From assembly GCA_965199495.1 (NCBI GenBank), contig CBDASK010000003.1, forward strand, positions 4,576,001-4,640,000: 64,000 bases of DNA, given 5' to 3'. This stretch comes from Abditibacterium sp. (GTDB lineage Bacteria; Armatimonadota; Abditibacteriia; Abditibacteriales; Abditibacteriaceae). The notes under the pieces were generated by a model. That model was not told where the DNA came from, did no database searches, and saw only the letters and a list, made by a program, of their open reading frames with translations. This document shows, piece after piece, positions 20,962 through 30,846 of the stretch. Every line of letters starts with the position of its first letter. Positions within the stretch are counted from its first letter, which is position 1. Made by a program: the position numbers and the translations under genes.

Positions 20962-21111
20962 AAAAAACTCAATAGCCACAAAAACACAGAAATCACAAAA
21001 GGAACAAAAAATTCAAAAGACTTTGAAGCGCAACGATTCGGCGAAGAAAGTTCGACAATCTATTTTGAACCCTTTTGTAATTTCTGTGTTTTTGTGGCTA
21101 TTGAGTTTTTT
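20962..21111. repeat. Long intergenic inverted repeat (GCCACAAAAA/CACAAA family)
   Basis: About 41-bp arms AAAAAACTCAATAGCCACAAAAACACAGAAAT... Confidence 0.9.
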
Positions 21112-21115
21112 CAAA

Positions 21116-22459
21116 CTATCGGCTCCCCGCCATTTGCGCGTTCGCTTGCGCGCGCAAACGGTCGGGAATCAAATCGTGGCTCAAAACATCTTCCAACGTT
21201 TCGCGTTCGATGATTAAATCGGCCTCGCCATCGTTCACCAAAACGACCGCCGGGCGGCGAAAGCGATTGTAATTGCTCGCCATCGCATACGCATAAGCGC
21301 CCGTCGAATAGACCGCGATCACGTCGCCGCGCGTGGGTTTTGCGATGTGCGCTTCTTCGATCAAAACGTCGGTTTCGCAGTGTTTGCCCGCAATCGCGAC
21401 TTGCACCAAATCGGTCTCGTGCGCGTGGCTGGCGTTGAGCGCGAAATATTTCGCTTCATAAAGCGCCGGACGCGGGTTGTCACTCAGGCCGCCGTCCACC
21501 GAAACGTAGGTGTTCACGTTGGGAATCTCTTTAATTGTGCCCACGCGATACAACGTCGTGCCCGCTTCGCCGACCATCGAACGGCCCGGCTCAACGGCCA
21601 ATTGCGGCATATCGAGATTTAATTTCGCGCACTCTTGCCGCACTGTGCCAACTAAAGTCGCGACGTATTCGTCCATCGAAGGCGGCTCATGCTCCGGCAA
21701 ATAGCGAATGCCCAGACCGCCGCCCAAATCGAGTTGCTCGAAGGTAACGCCCAAATCGTCGCGGATTTCGCCCAGAAACTCGCACATCAAACGCGCGGCG
21801 AGCGTGAAAAATGGCGCGTCCAAAATCTGCGACCCGATATGACAACCGACGCCGATGAGTTCGAGATTTTCTTTGCCCAGCGCCGCTTCGACGCCGCGCC
21901 GCGCCATGCCGCCGTCAATGTTGAAGCCGAACTTGGTGTCAATGCGTCCGGTCTGAATCAGGCGATGCGTGTGCGCGTCAACGGCGGGCGTCAGCCGCAA
22001 CATAATGGTTTGCCTGACGCCTTTTTCTCCGGCCATCCGGTTCAAACGGTCGAGTTCGTCGAAGTTGTCCACGATGACGCGCCCGATTTTGGCGTCCAAG
22101 GCCATTGCGAGTTCTTCGTCCGATTTGTTGTTGCCGTGGAAAATAATCCGTTCGACGGGGAAATCGGCGCGCAGAGCCGTCAGCAGTTCGCCCGCCGAAG
22201 CGACGTCTATCCACAAACCTTCCTGCGCCGCGATTTTGGCAATCGCCAAACAGGGAAACGCCTTGGAAGCGTAAGTGATATGCGTTTGCACATTGTGCGC
22301 ATCGAAGGCCGCGCGCAAGCCGCGCATCTGGCCGCGAATGTGGGCTTCGTCCATTACGATGAGCGGCGTGCCAAACTGCTGAGCCAATTCGACGGCATCG
22401 CAGCCGCCGATGGACAAATGATTCTGGGAGTTGAGAGATTGGGTTCCAAGCGTAAACAC
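21116..22459 (-). CDS. lysA: Diaminopimelate decarboxylase
   Basis: YASKAF, HIGSQI, DLGGG, EPGRS, GKHCE. Confidence 0.95.
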   Translation of the reverse strand: MFTLGTQSLNSQNHLSIGGCDAVELAQQFGTPLIVMDEAHIRGQMRGLRAAFDAHNVQTHITYASKAFPCLAIAKIAAQEGLWIDVASAGELLTALRADFPVERIIFHGNNKSDEELAMALDAKIGRVIVDNFDELDRLNRMAGEKGVRQTIMLRLTPAVDAHTHRLIQTGRIDTKFGFNIDGGMARRGVEAALGKENLELIGVGCHIGSQILDAPFFTLAARLMCEFLGEIRDDLGVTFEQLDLGGGLGIRYLPEHEPPSMDEYVATLVGTVRQECAKLNLDMPQLAVEPGRSMVGEAGTTLYRVGTIKEIPNVNTYVSVDGGLSDNPRPALYEAKYFALNASHAHETDLVQVAIAGKHCETDVLIEEAHIAKPTRGDVIAVYSTGAYAYAMASNYNRFRRPAVVLVNDGEADLIIERETLEDVLSHDLIPDRLRAQANAQMAGSR

Positions 22460-22635
22460 GGGTAAGTATCCTTGAGCGAAACTTTCTTTATAAAAGGCAA
22501 ATTTCGAGAAAAGTGTCGCGTAAGTTTAGCAGAAAACCGGGTTTTCTCTTGAACTCTGGCGCGTCAATTCATACGGAGCGCTCGCTACACTATGAAAAAC
22601 TCGCGTTACTGCGCGCGCACCCCGCGTTTTCGTTC

Positions 22636-23589
22636 ATGCCATTTTATTCCGTCATTATTCCCGTTTTTAATCGGGCCGATTTGGTCAGTGCCACGCTCGA
22701 TAGCGTGATGGCGCAGAGCTGCACCGATTGGGAACTTCTCGTGATTGACGATGGCTCGACCGATGGCACCTTGGAAGTTTTGCGAGCTTATCGGGAAAAG
22801 TTAGGCGAGCGGATGCGGGTTTTGCAACAGAAACACGCCGGGCCGGGCGCCGCGCGCAATCAGGGCCTCGCGGCAGCCACCGGCACTTATCTGGCGTTTC
22901 TTGATAGCGACGATTTATGGTTTCCGTGGACATTAGAGTTTTATCGAACGACGTTGGGAAATCACGATTTCCCGGCGTTTTTGGCGGGCGAACCGTTGGT
23001 TTTTCGGCAGATGTCGGAGTGGGAAAACCGCCGCAATCAAAGCTGCGACGAAATCGCGCGAACAGCGCGCGTTGAACGATTCGACGATTACTTGTGCGCC
23101 GATTTGCCGACCGATTGGTTTAGCGCTTCGTCGTTCGTGGTGCGCCGCGACGCTGTGCGCGACAAATCGTTTTGCGCGCGCCCGATTAATGCCGAAGACA
23201 TTGATTTCACGCTGCAAATGAGCGCTGAACCCGGCTTTGTCAATGTGCAATCGCCCGCCACTTTCGGCTATCGCCAGCACGCGGGCGGCATCACCAAAAA
23301 ATACGGTCGCACCGTGCAGGGCATGGAATTATTGATCAACAGCGAGCGCAACGGCCTTTATCCGGGCGGACGAACGCGCCAGCACGCCCGCCTGATGATG
23401 CTTTCGCGCCATCTGCGCCCGGCGTTGCTGGAGTTTCTCGACCAAGGCTATCGCCGCCGCGCGTGGCGCGCGTTTGCCCGCACGCTGCTCTGGCATATCC
23501 GTCTGGGACGCGTCCGATTTTTGCTCGGTTTCGTGCTGCGGAGCCTACGAGTTCAACGGAGGCACAAACAAAATCGTAAACGAAAATAA
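22636..23589 (+). CDS. Glycosyltransferase family 2
   Basis: SVIIPVFNR, DDGSTD, FLDSDD. Confidence 0.9.
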   Translation: MPFYSVIIPVFNRADLVSATLDSVMAQSCTDWELLVIDDGSTDGTLEVLRAYREKLGERMRVLQQKHAGPGAARNQGLAAATGTYLAFLDSDDLWFPWTLEFYRTTLGNHDFPAFLAGEPLVFRQMSEWENRRNQSCDEIARTARVERFDDYLCADLPTDWFSASSFVVRRDAVRDKSFCARPINAEDIDFTLQMSAEPGFVNVQSPATFGYRQHAGGITKKYGRTVQGMELLINSERNGLYPGGRTRQHARLMMLSRHLRPALLEFLDQGYRRRAWRAFARTLLWHIRLGRVRFLLGFVLRSLRVQRRHKQNRKRK

Positions 23590-23720
23590 GCAACCTTTCC
23601 CATACATTCTCATCAAAATAAAGTACCGACTCAAACGATTATTGATGTCCCCAAGCACAATATTTAGATTTAGCTTAGAATAAATCTATCTTCAAATGGA
23701 TTTTATGAGTTCGTAAGATA

Positions 23721-25130
23721 ATGGCAACTTCCTTGTTTATACCAGAAAAACAGCGATGTGAAAGCAGTTCTCCGCGCACAAACTCTGCTGAATCTGAGAC
23801 GCCTTCTATGACTCAAATCCACACTTTCATGCACCAAAGCATTCCCGACAACTGGCCCGGCGCCGCGCTTCAAGAAACGATCTCTTGTAACCGAGATTTC
23901 TTCAGCAACAAACGCGTTTTGGTGACGGGCGCCTGTGGCTTTGTAGGCGGTCATCTGGCGCGCGCGCTTCATCTGGCGGGCGCCGATGTGGTGGCGCTCG
24001 ATATTCGCGGGGCGCAGGGTTCGCACCTCGAATTAACCGGAGTTTCCGACGAAATCGAGATGGTGCGCGGCGACATTACTGACCGCCGCCACATGGAAGA
24101 ATTAGTCGCAAAAGGCAATTTTTCCCACATTTTTCATCTGGCGGCGGGCGCGACAACGGTTGAAAAAGCGATGACCGACCCGGTCGGCACCATCATGGCC
24201 AACACGATGGGCTTCGTCAATCTGGCCGAGGGCGCGCGCCTGGTGCCCGCCGATAAGCGCCCAACAGTGATTTATTCTTCGACTGATAAAGTTTATGGCG
24301 AACACGAAATATTGCCTTATACCGAAGATCATGGATTGGGCGGCGTTGGCGTTTATGATGCCGCTAAATTGTGCGCCGATATATTGGCTTCGACTTATCA
24401 TAAGGCTTTGGGAGTGCCGACAATTGTATTGCGTATGTGCAACATTTATGGGCCTTATGATTTCAATTTCGACTATCGTTTAATTCCCAAAGCGATGCGC
24501 AATATCTTTCGCGATGGCGAGGCGCCCGAATTGTATATGAATTCGGTCGAACACTTTCGCGATTATCTGTTTGTCGAGGACGCGGTGCGCGCCTATTTTC
24601 ATATCGCGCGCTGCCAAAATTGTCATGGCCGCGTCTACAATTTGCCGGGGGCGCTTTACGCTTCGACGCCCGACATTTTACGCGAAATCGTCAGCCATAT
24701 CGGCACGCTGCAAGAGCGCGCCGCCGAGGCAAAGCCCGATTCGAGTTTCGCCAATCATCGCTGGGATCGCTCGATCAAAATCGTGCCGTCCGACCCCAAT
24801 CTCATCACGATTTCCAAGCAGCATTTGGATGGCACGCGCATCTTTAACGAAACCGGTTTCGAGCCGAAAACCAGCTTTCATCAGGGATTGGCAGCCACGG
24901 CGCCCTTTTATCAGTGGTATTTTGAAAACATCGCGCCTTCTGAGCGTCGCGCATCGAATCTCACGTTGGCACAAACAGAGGAGAAACCCGCGTTCGATGG
25001 CGGTTTTCATACGGTGATGACCGACGACGGATTGCCAATCAGCGTTTTGAATCCAATTATGCGCGAACAAACGCAACACGAAATCATAGAAAGCTCGCCG
25101 CGTCCCTCGATTTTTTCGATGGTTAAATGA
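23721..25130 (+). CDS. NAD-dependent epimerase/dehydratase (NDP-glucose 4,6-dehydratase-like); start uncertain
   Basis: GACGFVG, STDKVYG, YDAAK. Confidence 0.88.
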   Translation: MATSLFIPEKQRCESSSPRTNSAESETPSMTQIHTFMHQSIPDNWPGAALQETISCNRDFFSNKRVLVTGACGFVGGHLARALHLAGADVVALDIRGAQGSHLELTGVSDEIEMVRGDITDRRHMEELVAKGNFSHIFHLAAGATTVEKAMTDPVGTIMANTMGFVNLAEGARLVPADKRPTVIYSSTDKVYGEHEILPYTEDHGLGGVGVYDAAKLCADILASTYHKALGVPTIVLRMCNIYGPYDFNFDYRLIPKAMRNIFRDGEAPELYMNSVEHFRDYLFVEDAVRAYFHIARCQNCHGRVYNLPGALYASTPDILREIVSHIGTLQERAAEAKPDSSFANHRWDRSIKIVPSDPNLITISKQHLDGTRIFNETGFEPKTSFHQGLAATAPFYQWYFENIAPSERRASNLTLAQTEEKPAFDGGFHTVMTDDGLPISVLNPIMREQTQHEIIESSPRPSIFSMVK

Positions 25131-26164
25131 GCATGAATTGGCACACACAACGCGCCTTAGTTTTGGGCGCCGCAGGCTTTTGCGGCGCCCATTTATGCGA
25201 CCAATTGGTGCGGCTTAGCTGCCATGTCATCGGACTGGATAAATCATTGCCACCCGCTTCGTGGTTGCATAGTTCGGGCACTTTGAATCAAATAGATTGG
25301 CGCGACGGAGACATTCTTGATTTAGACCATTTAAAACTATTGTTAGCCAGTAATTCAATTGATACAATTTTCCTATTGGCGGCACAACCCATTGTTTCGA
25401 TTTCCAACTCTTATCCGCTCGAAACAGCGCAGACCAATATTATCGGAACTTACAATGTATTGGAAGCGATGCGCGTTTTGCCCAGTCCGCCTAAGTTAGT
25501 TTTCGCTTCGTCGGGCGCTTATTATGGCGCGACCAATACGCAAAGCGCCATCACCGAAGATGAACCGGCGTTAGTCGCGGGCAATATTTACGCGCCGACC
25601 AAGGCGGCGGCAGATTTGGCGGTGCGTTGCTACGCCAAAATTTATGGCCTACGCGCCGCCAGTTGCCGTTGGATGAACACTTACGGCCCCGGCGACCTCA
25701 ACTTTTCGCGCATTATTCCGGCGACGATGAAACGTTTGAGCTGTAACCAACGCGGTTTAATTGATGGCACCGACGGCACCAACGTTTTGGAAATGCTGCA
25801 TATTGACGATATGATCGAAGCCTACCTCGCCGTGGCTGCTGCTCTCGACCGCGACGAAGTGCGCGGCCAAGCCTTTAATTTCGGCGGCGGCGCGCCGCTT
25901 CAACTCAGCCACGTCGTGCGCGAAGCGGCGCGCGCGTGGAATGAAGTGAATGGAACGAACGTTGAAATCGAACCGGAAATCACCGGGCCGAAAATTGATT
26001 CGGTGAAATATCTGGATATTTCCCGCGCGCGTGAAGTATTGGATTGGACTCCGCAAATTAGTTTGCAAGAGGGCTTGCGCGAAACGGCACAATGGTATCG
26101 CGATTATTTTGATAATTCAATTTCGCGCAGAGACGCAGAGAGATTGAAGAACTTCGTAAGGTGA
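25127..26164 (+). CDS. NAD-dependent epimerase/dehydratase
   Basis: GAAGFCG, YAPTK, NTYGPGD; ATGA overlap with the previous gene. Confidence 0.88.
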   Translation: MSMNWHTQRALVLGAAGFCGAHLCDQLVRLSCHVIGLDKSLPPASWLHSSGTLNQIDWRDGDILDLDHLKLLLASNSIDTIFLLAAQPIVSISNSYPLETAQTNIIGTYNVLEAMRVLPSPPKLVFASSGAYYGATNTQSAITEDEPALVAGNIYAPTKAAADLAVRCYAKIYGLRAASCRWMNTYGPGDLNFSRIIPATMKRLSCNQRGLIDGTDGTNVLEMLHIDDMIEAYLAVAAALDRDEVRGQAFNFGGGAPLQLSHVVREAARAWNEVNGTNVEIEPEITGPKIDSVKYLDISRAREVLDWTPQISLQEGLRETAQWYRDYFDNSISRRDAERLKNFVR

Positions 26165-26243
26165 TTGAAGAACGACCAAAAAATGGAGAATTTACATTTT
26201 CTTTTGATTGTCCCTGATTTTCTTTGCGTCTCTGCGTGAAATT
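26119..26243. repeat. Inverted repeat (CGCAGAGACGC family) overlapping the 3' end of the epimerase gene
   Basis: TTTCGCGCAGAGACGCAGAGA / TCTTTGCGTCTCTGCGTGAAA. Confidence 0.85.
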
Positions 26244-26245
26244 TT

Positions 26246-27136
26246 TCACCGCGCACGCACATCGTTTTGCGGCCAACTCAAACCGGTGAGACGGTCGTAA
26301 GCCTCAACGTATTTGGCGCGCGTGCCTTGGACGACATCGGCGGGCAAGTTTGGCCCCGGCGCGCTTTTGTTCCATTCCAGCGTTTCGAGATAATCGCGCA
26401 CGAACTGTTTGTCGAGCGATTGTTGCGCCCTGCCCGCTTCGTAAGTCGCGGCTTCCCAATAGCGCGACGAATCGGGCGTGGCCATTTCGTCAACAACGAT
26501 CAAATCGCCGTCGGCCATGCCCATCTCGAATTTAGTATCGGCTAAAATTAAACCTTTGCTTTCGGCGAAAGTGTTGATCCAATCATAGAGTTCGAGCGAC
26601 GCGTCGCGCACCTGTTTGGCGCGCACTTCGCCCAAAATTTCGACGGTTTGTTCCCACGAAATCGGCGCGTCGTGATCGCCCAATTCGGCTTTGGTCGTCG
26701 GCGTAAAAATCGGCTGGGGCAACTTGTCCGATTCGCGCAAACCGGCGGGCAACTTCACGCCGCAAACTTCGCCGGTTTGTTGGTATTGCTTCCAGCCACT
26801 GCCCGATAAATAGCCGCGCACCACGCATTCGACCGGCAAAACTTCGGCTTTGCGACACAACATCGCGCGGCCATTCCAATCGCTTTCGGCACCGAATTCA
26901 TTCCACGGCGCGGGAAAATCGGGCACGCGATGCAACAATAAATGATTGTCAATGATGTGCGAAGTGCGCGCGAACCAGAAGACGGAAAGCGTCGAAAGAA
27001 TGCGGCCTTTATCGGGAATCGGCGTCGGCAAAATCACGTCGAACGCCGAAATGCGGTCGGTCGCAACCAGAATAATGTTGTCGCCCGCATCGTAAATTTC
27101 GCGGACTTTGCCAGTTTTTATGGGTTGAATTTGCAT
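26246..27136 (-). CDS. purC: SAICAR synthase
   Basis: GKVREIY, DRISAFD, ECVVRGY, DTKFE, TPDSSR. Confidence 0.96.
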   Translation of the reverse strand: MQIQPIKTGKVREIYDAGDNIILVATDRISAFDVILPTPIPDKGRILSTLSVFWFARTSHIIDNHLLLHRVPDFPAPWNEFGAESDWNGRAMLCRKAEVLPVECVVRGYLSGSGWKQYQQTGEVCGVKLPAGLRESDKLPQPIFTPTTKAELGDHDAPISWEQTVEILGEVRAKQVRDASLELYDWINTFAESKGLILADTKFEMGMADGDLIVVDEMATPDSSRYWEAATYEAGRAQQSLDKQFVRDYLETLEWNKSAPGPNLPADVVQGTRAKYVEAYDRLTGLSWPQNDVRAR

Positions 27137-27146
27137 ATTTTCTTGG

Positions 27147-27238
27147 TTCACACAAAGGGACAAAGTTCACACCAAGAACACGAAGAGTTTTTGGAATTGC
27201 TTTGTATCCCTGGTGCGAACTTTGTCCCTTTGTGTGAA
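27147..27238. repeat. Inverted repeat (CACAAAG family)
   Basis: TTCACACAAAGGGACAAAGTTC / GAACTTTGTCCCTTTGTGTGAA. Confidence 0.9.
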
Positions 27239-27246
27239 ATTTCAAT

Positions 27247-27720
27247 TTACATCGGTTCAAGCGGGATGAAGTTGGATTTCGCATTGAGTTTAACCACGCG
27301 TTTGGTGATTTCCTGCGTCAAAGCCATGCCGTTTTCGATTTCGCGTGCGCCGAAACTCCAGCTTCGGGGGCCAGCTTTGATTTCTAATCTGCCGTTTTTC
27401 GTCGTCGCTTCGTTGATTTCTTCCCACTTGACGAACGTCGAAACGCCGTTTTCGTTGACGATGCGCAATCCGGTCTTTTCGAGTTCGACCAATCCTTTGG
27501 CGGCGCGCTTGCGGCGTTTGTCGAGGTTGAGTTGCGCCACGAAAAAGCGCGCCAGAATCGCGAGCGCGCCGCCAATAGCCACGGCGCGTGCGAGGGGCGG
27601 TGTGTTGGGCGCCAACGCGAGGCCAAACGCGACGAACTGGCCCAGAAACGAGCCGACCGCCAACACATAAAACGCGCGGATTTCGGCGGGCGACGGCGAG
27701 AGATAACGAAAGGTGCGCAT
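27247..27720 (-). CDS. Hypothetical membrane protein (2 TM plus PH-like domain)
   Basis: Two hydrophobic segments; ATG 4 nt after the M16 gene stop. Confidence 0.65.
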   Translation of the reverse strand: MRTFRYLSPSPAEIRAFYVLAVGSFLGQFVAFGLALAPNTPPLARAVAIGGALAILARFFVAQLNLDKRRKRAAKGLVELEKTGLRIVNENGVSTFVKWEEINEATTKNGRLEIKAGPRSWSFGAREIENGMALTQEITKRVVKLNAKSNFIPLEPM

Positions 27721-27724
27721 ATTT

Positions 27725-28951
27725 CTAAACCCGCGCCAACTCCTGCGCGCCCAACGTGACGACCGACGGTTCGCCAACCGGACAAGTGTCGTAAAATGCC
27801 GCAATCGAAACGGGCGTGACGGCGTTGATGGCGTCGGTAATTTCATCGAGCGGGCGCACGCGACCCAAAATCCACAGGTCGCGCGCCAAGGCTCCGGCGC
27901 GTGCGCGGCTGCTCTCTTCTTGCATAATCAAACTCGTCAGCGTTTTGATGCGCGCGCGATCTAATTCATCTTGACTCACGCCTTCGCTCATGCGGCGCAG
28001 TTCGCCGATGGTCACTTGCAACGTTTCGTCGGCACGTTCGGGCGTCGTTCCGGCGTAGGCGAGCGTATAACCAAAACCGCGATGGCCGTTGGCTGAGGCC
28101 GAAACCGAATAAACCAAGCCGCGTTTTTCGCGCACTTCGGTAAACAAACGCGCGCCCATGCCGCCGCTCAAAATCGCCATCGCCAGTCGGTAATCATAAT
28201 TGCGCGCGTCGTCGGGCGCGATGGTTTGATAAGCGATGGCAATTTGCTGCTGCGCTTTGTCGGCGGGAATATGCGCCCACAGCGGTTCATTTACGACTTG
28301 CGTTTCGCCAATGGTGGGCGCGCTCCCGTTCCAATCGCCGAACAATTTTTCGATTTGAGAAATCGTCTGTTCCCAATCGAAATTGCCCGCCAACGCCAAA
28401 ATCGCGCCCTGCGGTTTGAAGCGCGCGGCGTGATCGGCGCGCAAATCTTCGAGTGTCAGGCTTTCCAAACCTTCGACGGTTCCCATCGGCGAGCGCGCAT
28501 GGCCCGATTGAAAATAGCGGCGCCGCAGTTCATAAAACGTCTGGCTCGACGGCGAATCTTTTAAGCCCTGCAATCCCTGAATCGCCAAATCGCGCTCGGC
28601 CTGCCAATTTTCAAAGCGCGGGCGCAAAATGATGTCGGCGTAAAGTTGGAGGGCTTCGGGCAAATACAAACCCAGCGTCGCGCCGCCAAACGTGGTGAAT
28701 TCGACGCCCGCGCCGCCGCCGCGACTGAGGCCCAAACCGTCCAAAGCATCGGACAATTGGCGCGCATCGTAAGCTCCGGCGCCGCGATAACTGGCGCTTT
28801 CGATGACGCCAGTCAAACCGTCTTTGCCAATCGGTTCGGTCGCGCTACCCGTGGGAATCAGAAAATTAAAAGCCGCCGCCTGTTTCGACGGCATCGGTTC
28901 GCCGACGAGGGTCAGGCCGTTAGATAATTGATGAATTTGGGACGAAATCAT
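27725..28951 (-). CDS. M16 family peptidase, non-catalytic-type subunit
   Basis: LSNGL, RLFTEVREKRGLVYSV; no HXXEH motif. Confidence 0.88.
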   Translation of the reverse strand: MISSQIHQLSNGLTLVGEPMPSKQAAAFNFLIPTGSATEPIGKDGLTGVIESASYRGAGAYDARQLSDALDGLGLSRGGGAGVEFTTFGGATLGLYLPEALQLYADIILRPRFENWQAERDLAIQGLQGLKDSPSSQTFYELRRRYFQSGHARSPMGTVEGLESLTLEDLRADHAARFKPQGAILALAGNFDWEQTISQIEKLFGDWNGSAPTIGETQVVNEPLWAHIPADKAQQQIAIAYQTIAPDDARNYDYRLAMAILSGGMGARLFTEVREKRGLVYSVSASANGHRGFGYTLAYAGTTPERADETLQVTIGELRRMSEGVSQDELDRARIKTLTSLIMQEESSRARAGALARDLWILGRVRPLDEITDAINAVTPVSIAAFYDTCPVGEPSVVTLGAQELARV

Positions 28952-29021
28952 GGAAGCGTGCGAATTTTGAGTTTAATGGGTTGCGAAAGAGTAAGATTGC
29001 GTGTCAAAATAACGAGAATGA

Positions 29022-29450
29022 TAGGAGTTACGCAGTTGGTTCCAATTTGTCATTTCGAGCGCCGGGTGCCCCCTGGGCGGCAGAAATCTTTCGGCCCCGC
29101 GCCAGCGGAAGTCCTAGATAACCCCGTGTGCAAGTTCTATTCACGTTCAATCTCTCCCTCCTTTGTCATTCTGAGCGAAGAGAGGCACGAACGAAGTCGA
29201 AGAATCCACAGGTTGCGATGGAGTTTGACGTTCATCGCGAGTGATACGTCATGGATTCTTCGACTTCGTTCGTGCCTCTCTTCGCTCAGAATGACAAGGC
29301 GAGGAGCTAAAAACAACTTGCACACGGGGTTAGATAGCTTTGAAAGCGAAAACCGATTGAACGGCGTTGCCGCGCGGGCGCAAGATTTCTGCCGCCCAGG
29401 GGGCACCCGGCGCTCGAAATGACAAATTGGAACCAACTGCGTAACTCCTA
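29022..29450. mobile_element. MITE-like palindromic element (outer) with AATGA flanking direct repeats
   Basis: Long perfect TIRs TAGGAGTTACGCAGTTGGTTCCAATTTGTCATTTCGAGCG...; relative at 53611-53795. Confidence 0.8.
29121..29330. mobile_element. Nested MITE-like element (inner)
   Basis: 16-bp TIR ACCCCGTGTGCAAGTT; TAGATA direct repeats at 29115-29120 and 29331-29336; internal GTCATTCTGAGCGAAG palindrome. Confidence 0.8.
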
Positions 29451-29589
29451 AATGAGAATTTAAAATCATAACAAGTGAATTTCGCAATTTCGCATGAAAC
29501 ACCCTGCCCGCGTAATTCCCAGCGATAACCAATCCAAGACCTCCGCTCACTTGCCCGCCTCGTCTATTCGACCAATACTCCCCTGTGAC

Positions 29590-30042
29590 GTGATTTTTCT
29601 CTCGCCGCGCGACTGGCTCGCGCAATGGCCGCGCCGACTGCAATGGTTTGCCGTCGCTTTGCTGTTGCTCGCCAGCACCGCGCAGAGTTGGCACGTCTGC
29701 GCGATGGGCAGCCACGCCCTGTGCGCCGGGCCGATGGACGACGTGGCTATGCGTTACGTCACGGTGCGTAACGCCGACGGTTCGCCCGGCCCAGTCGTGT
29801 GCGCGGAAACTCCGTCACCGCCCAAGATTCGCGGCAACAGCTTAAATTCGCGGCCCGCCGCCAACGGAGCGGTGGACTGTCTGGCGATGTTGCTGCAAAC
29901 CATGCCTTTGCAAGCGGGCGTGCCGTTTACGCTCGAACTTCGCGAAACCTCGCGCACGATTTACGCGACGCGCGCCGAAATCAAACCCGCCTTCGCTTCG
30001 CCGCTCGCGCTGCGCGGGCGCGCTCCACCAGCGACTTGTTGA
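29590..30042 (+). CDS. DUF2946-like leader protein with C-terminal RAPP motif (start uncertain)
   Basis: N-terminal hydrophobic segment, His/Cys/Met residues, ends LRGRAPPATC. Confidence 0.65.
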   Translation: MIFLSPRDWLAQWPRRLQWFAVALLLLASTAQSWHVCAMGSHALCAGPMDDVAMRYVTVRNADGSPGPVVCAETPSPPKIRGNSLNSRPAANGAVDCLAMLLQTMPLQAGVPFTLELRETSRTIYATRAEIKPAFASPLALRGRAPPATC

Positions 30043-30093
30043 ATTCCGCACTCCGCCGCGTTTTCGCGGCTCAACCCAATTCAATAGGTCTCC

Positions 30094-30765
30094 ATGAATC
30101 TTTCCATTTCGCGTCGCACTGCGGCGCTTTCGACAGCGTTTGCCGTCGCCTCTCTCGCGCTCGCCTTGCCAGCTTCGGCGCACAACATCAGCAGCAAAGG
30201 TTACGACCAACTCAAAAGCGAAACTGCAAACTTCGCCCATACCCAAAGCGCGCCCAGCGCTCGCATCAACCAGAAATTGCCGTCGTTCGCGGTCAAAACC
30301 GTGTTCGGCAAAGGCTTCACCAACGCTTCGTTTCAGGGCAAAATCGGCGTTTTCGTTCTCGCTGATACGCAGTGTCCCTGCGTTCAAGCGGTCGAGATGC
30401 GCCTCAAGAATCTGAGCAAACGCTACGGAAAAAACGGCGTGCGCATCGTTTATGTGTTCCCCAAACCCGGCGAACGCGCGCTCGATGTCGCGCGCTTTAT
30501 GCAGAATCACCAGATTCCATTTCCCGCCGTGGTTGACCAGAATCAGCGCTTTTATAAAATGCTCGATGGCAAATGTTCGAGCGAGGTTTACGTGACCGAC
30601 AAAAAAGGCGTCTTGCGCTATCACGGTCGCGTGGACGACTCGACGTTCGATCCCAAGGCCGTGCAAAAGCGCGATCTGGAAGCGGCGGTTGTGCAAATCG
30701 CGCGCAACCAAACCGTTAAAAATCCCGAAGTGCCCGCGATGGGCTGCGCCATTCCGCGCCTTTAA
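30094..30765 (+). CDS. Exported redoxin (AhpC/TSA-like) protein
   Basis: QCPCV, LRYHGRVDD, MGCAI. Confidence 0.85.
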   Translation: MNLSISRRTAALSTAFAVASLALALPASAHNISSKGYDQLKSETANFAHTQSAPSARINQKLPSFAVKTVFGKGFTNASFQGKIGVFVLADTQCPCVQAVEMRLKNLSKRYGKNGVRIVYVFPKPGERALDVARFMQNHQIPFPAVVDQNQRFYKMLDGKCSSEVYVTDKKGVLRYHGRVDDSTFDPKAVQKRDLEAAVVQIARNQTVKNPEVPAMGCAIPRL

Positions 30766-30846
30766 CCATCGAATTTGGAACGACGAGAAGGCGATTCTTA
30801 ATTGAATTTCGTTTTTCTCGGCGCTCATCTCCAAAACCGTAAATTA

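Noticed and set aside
29022..29450. Possible CRISPR array or structured ncRNA
   Set aside because: The repeats are inverted and nested, not direct repeats with unique spacers; no cas genes; TIR and target-duplication features fit miniature elements better
28928..29715. ORFs 28928-29422 (+) and 29137-29715 (-) sharing identical peptides
   Set aside because: Artefacts of translating a palindrome on both strands
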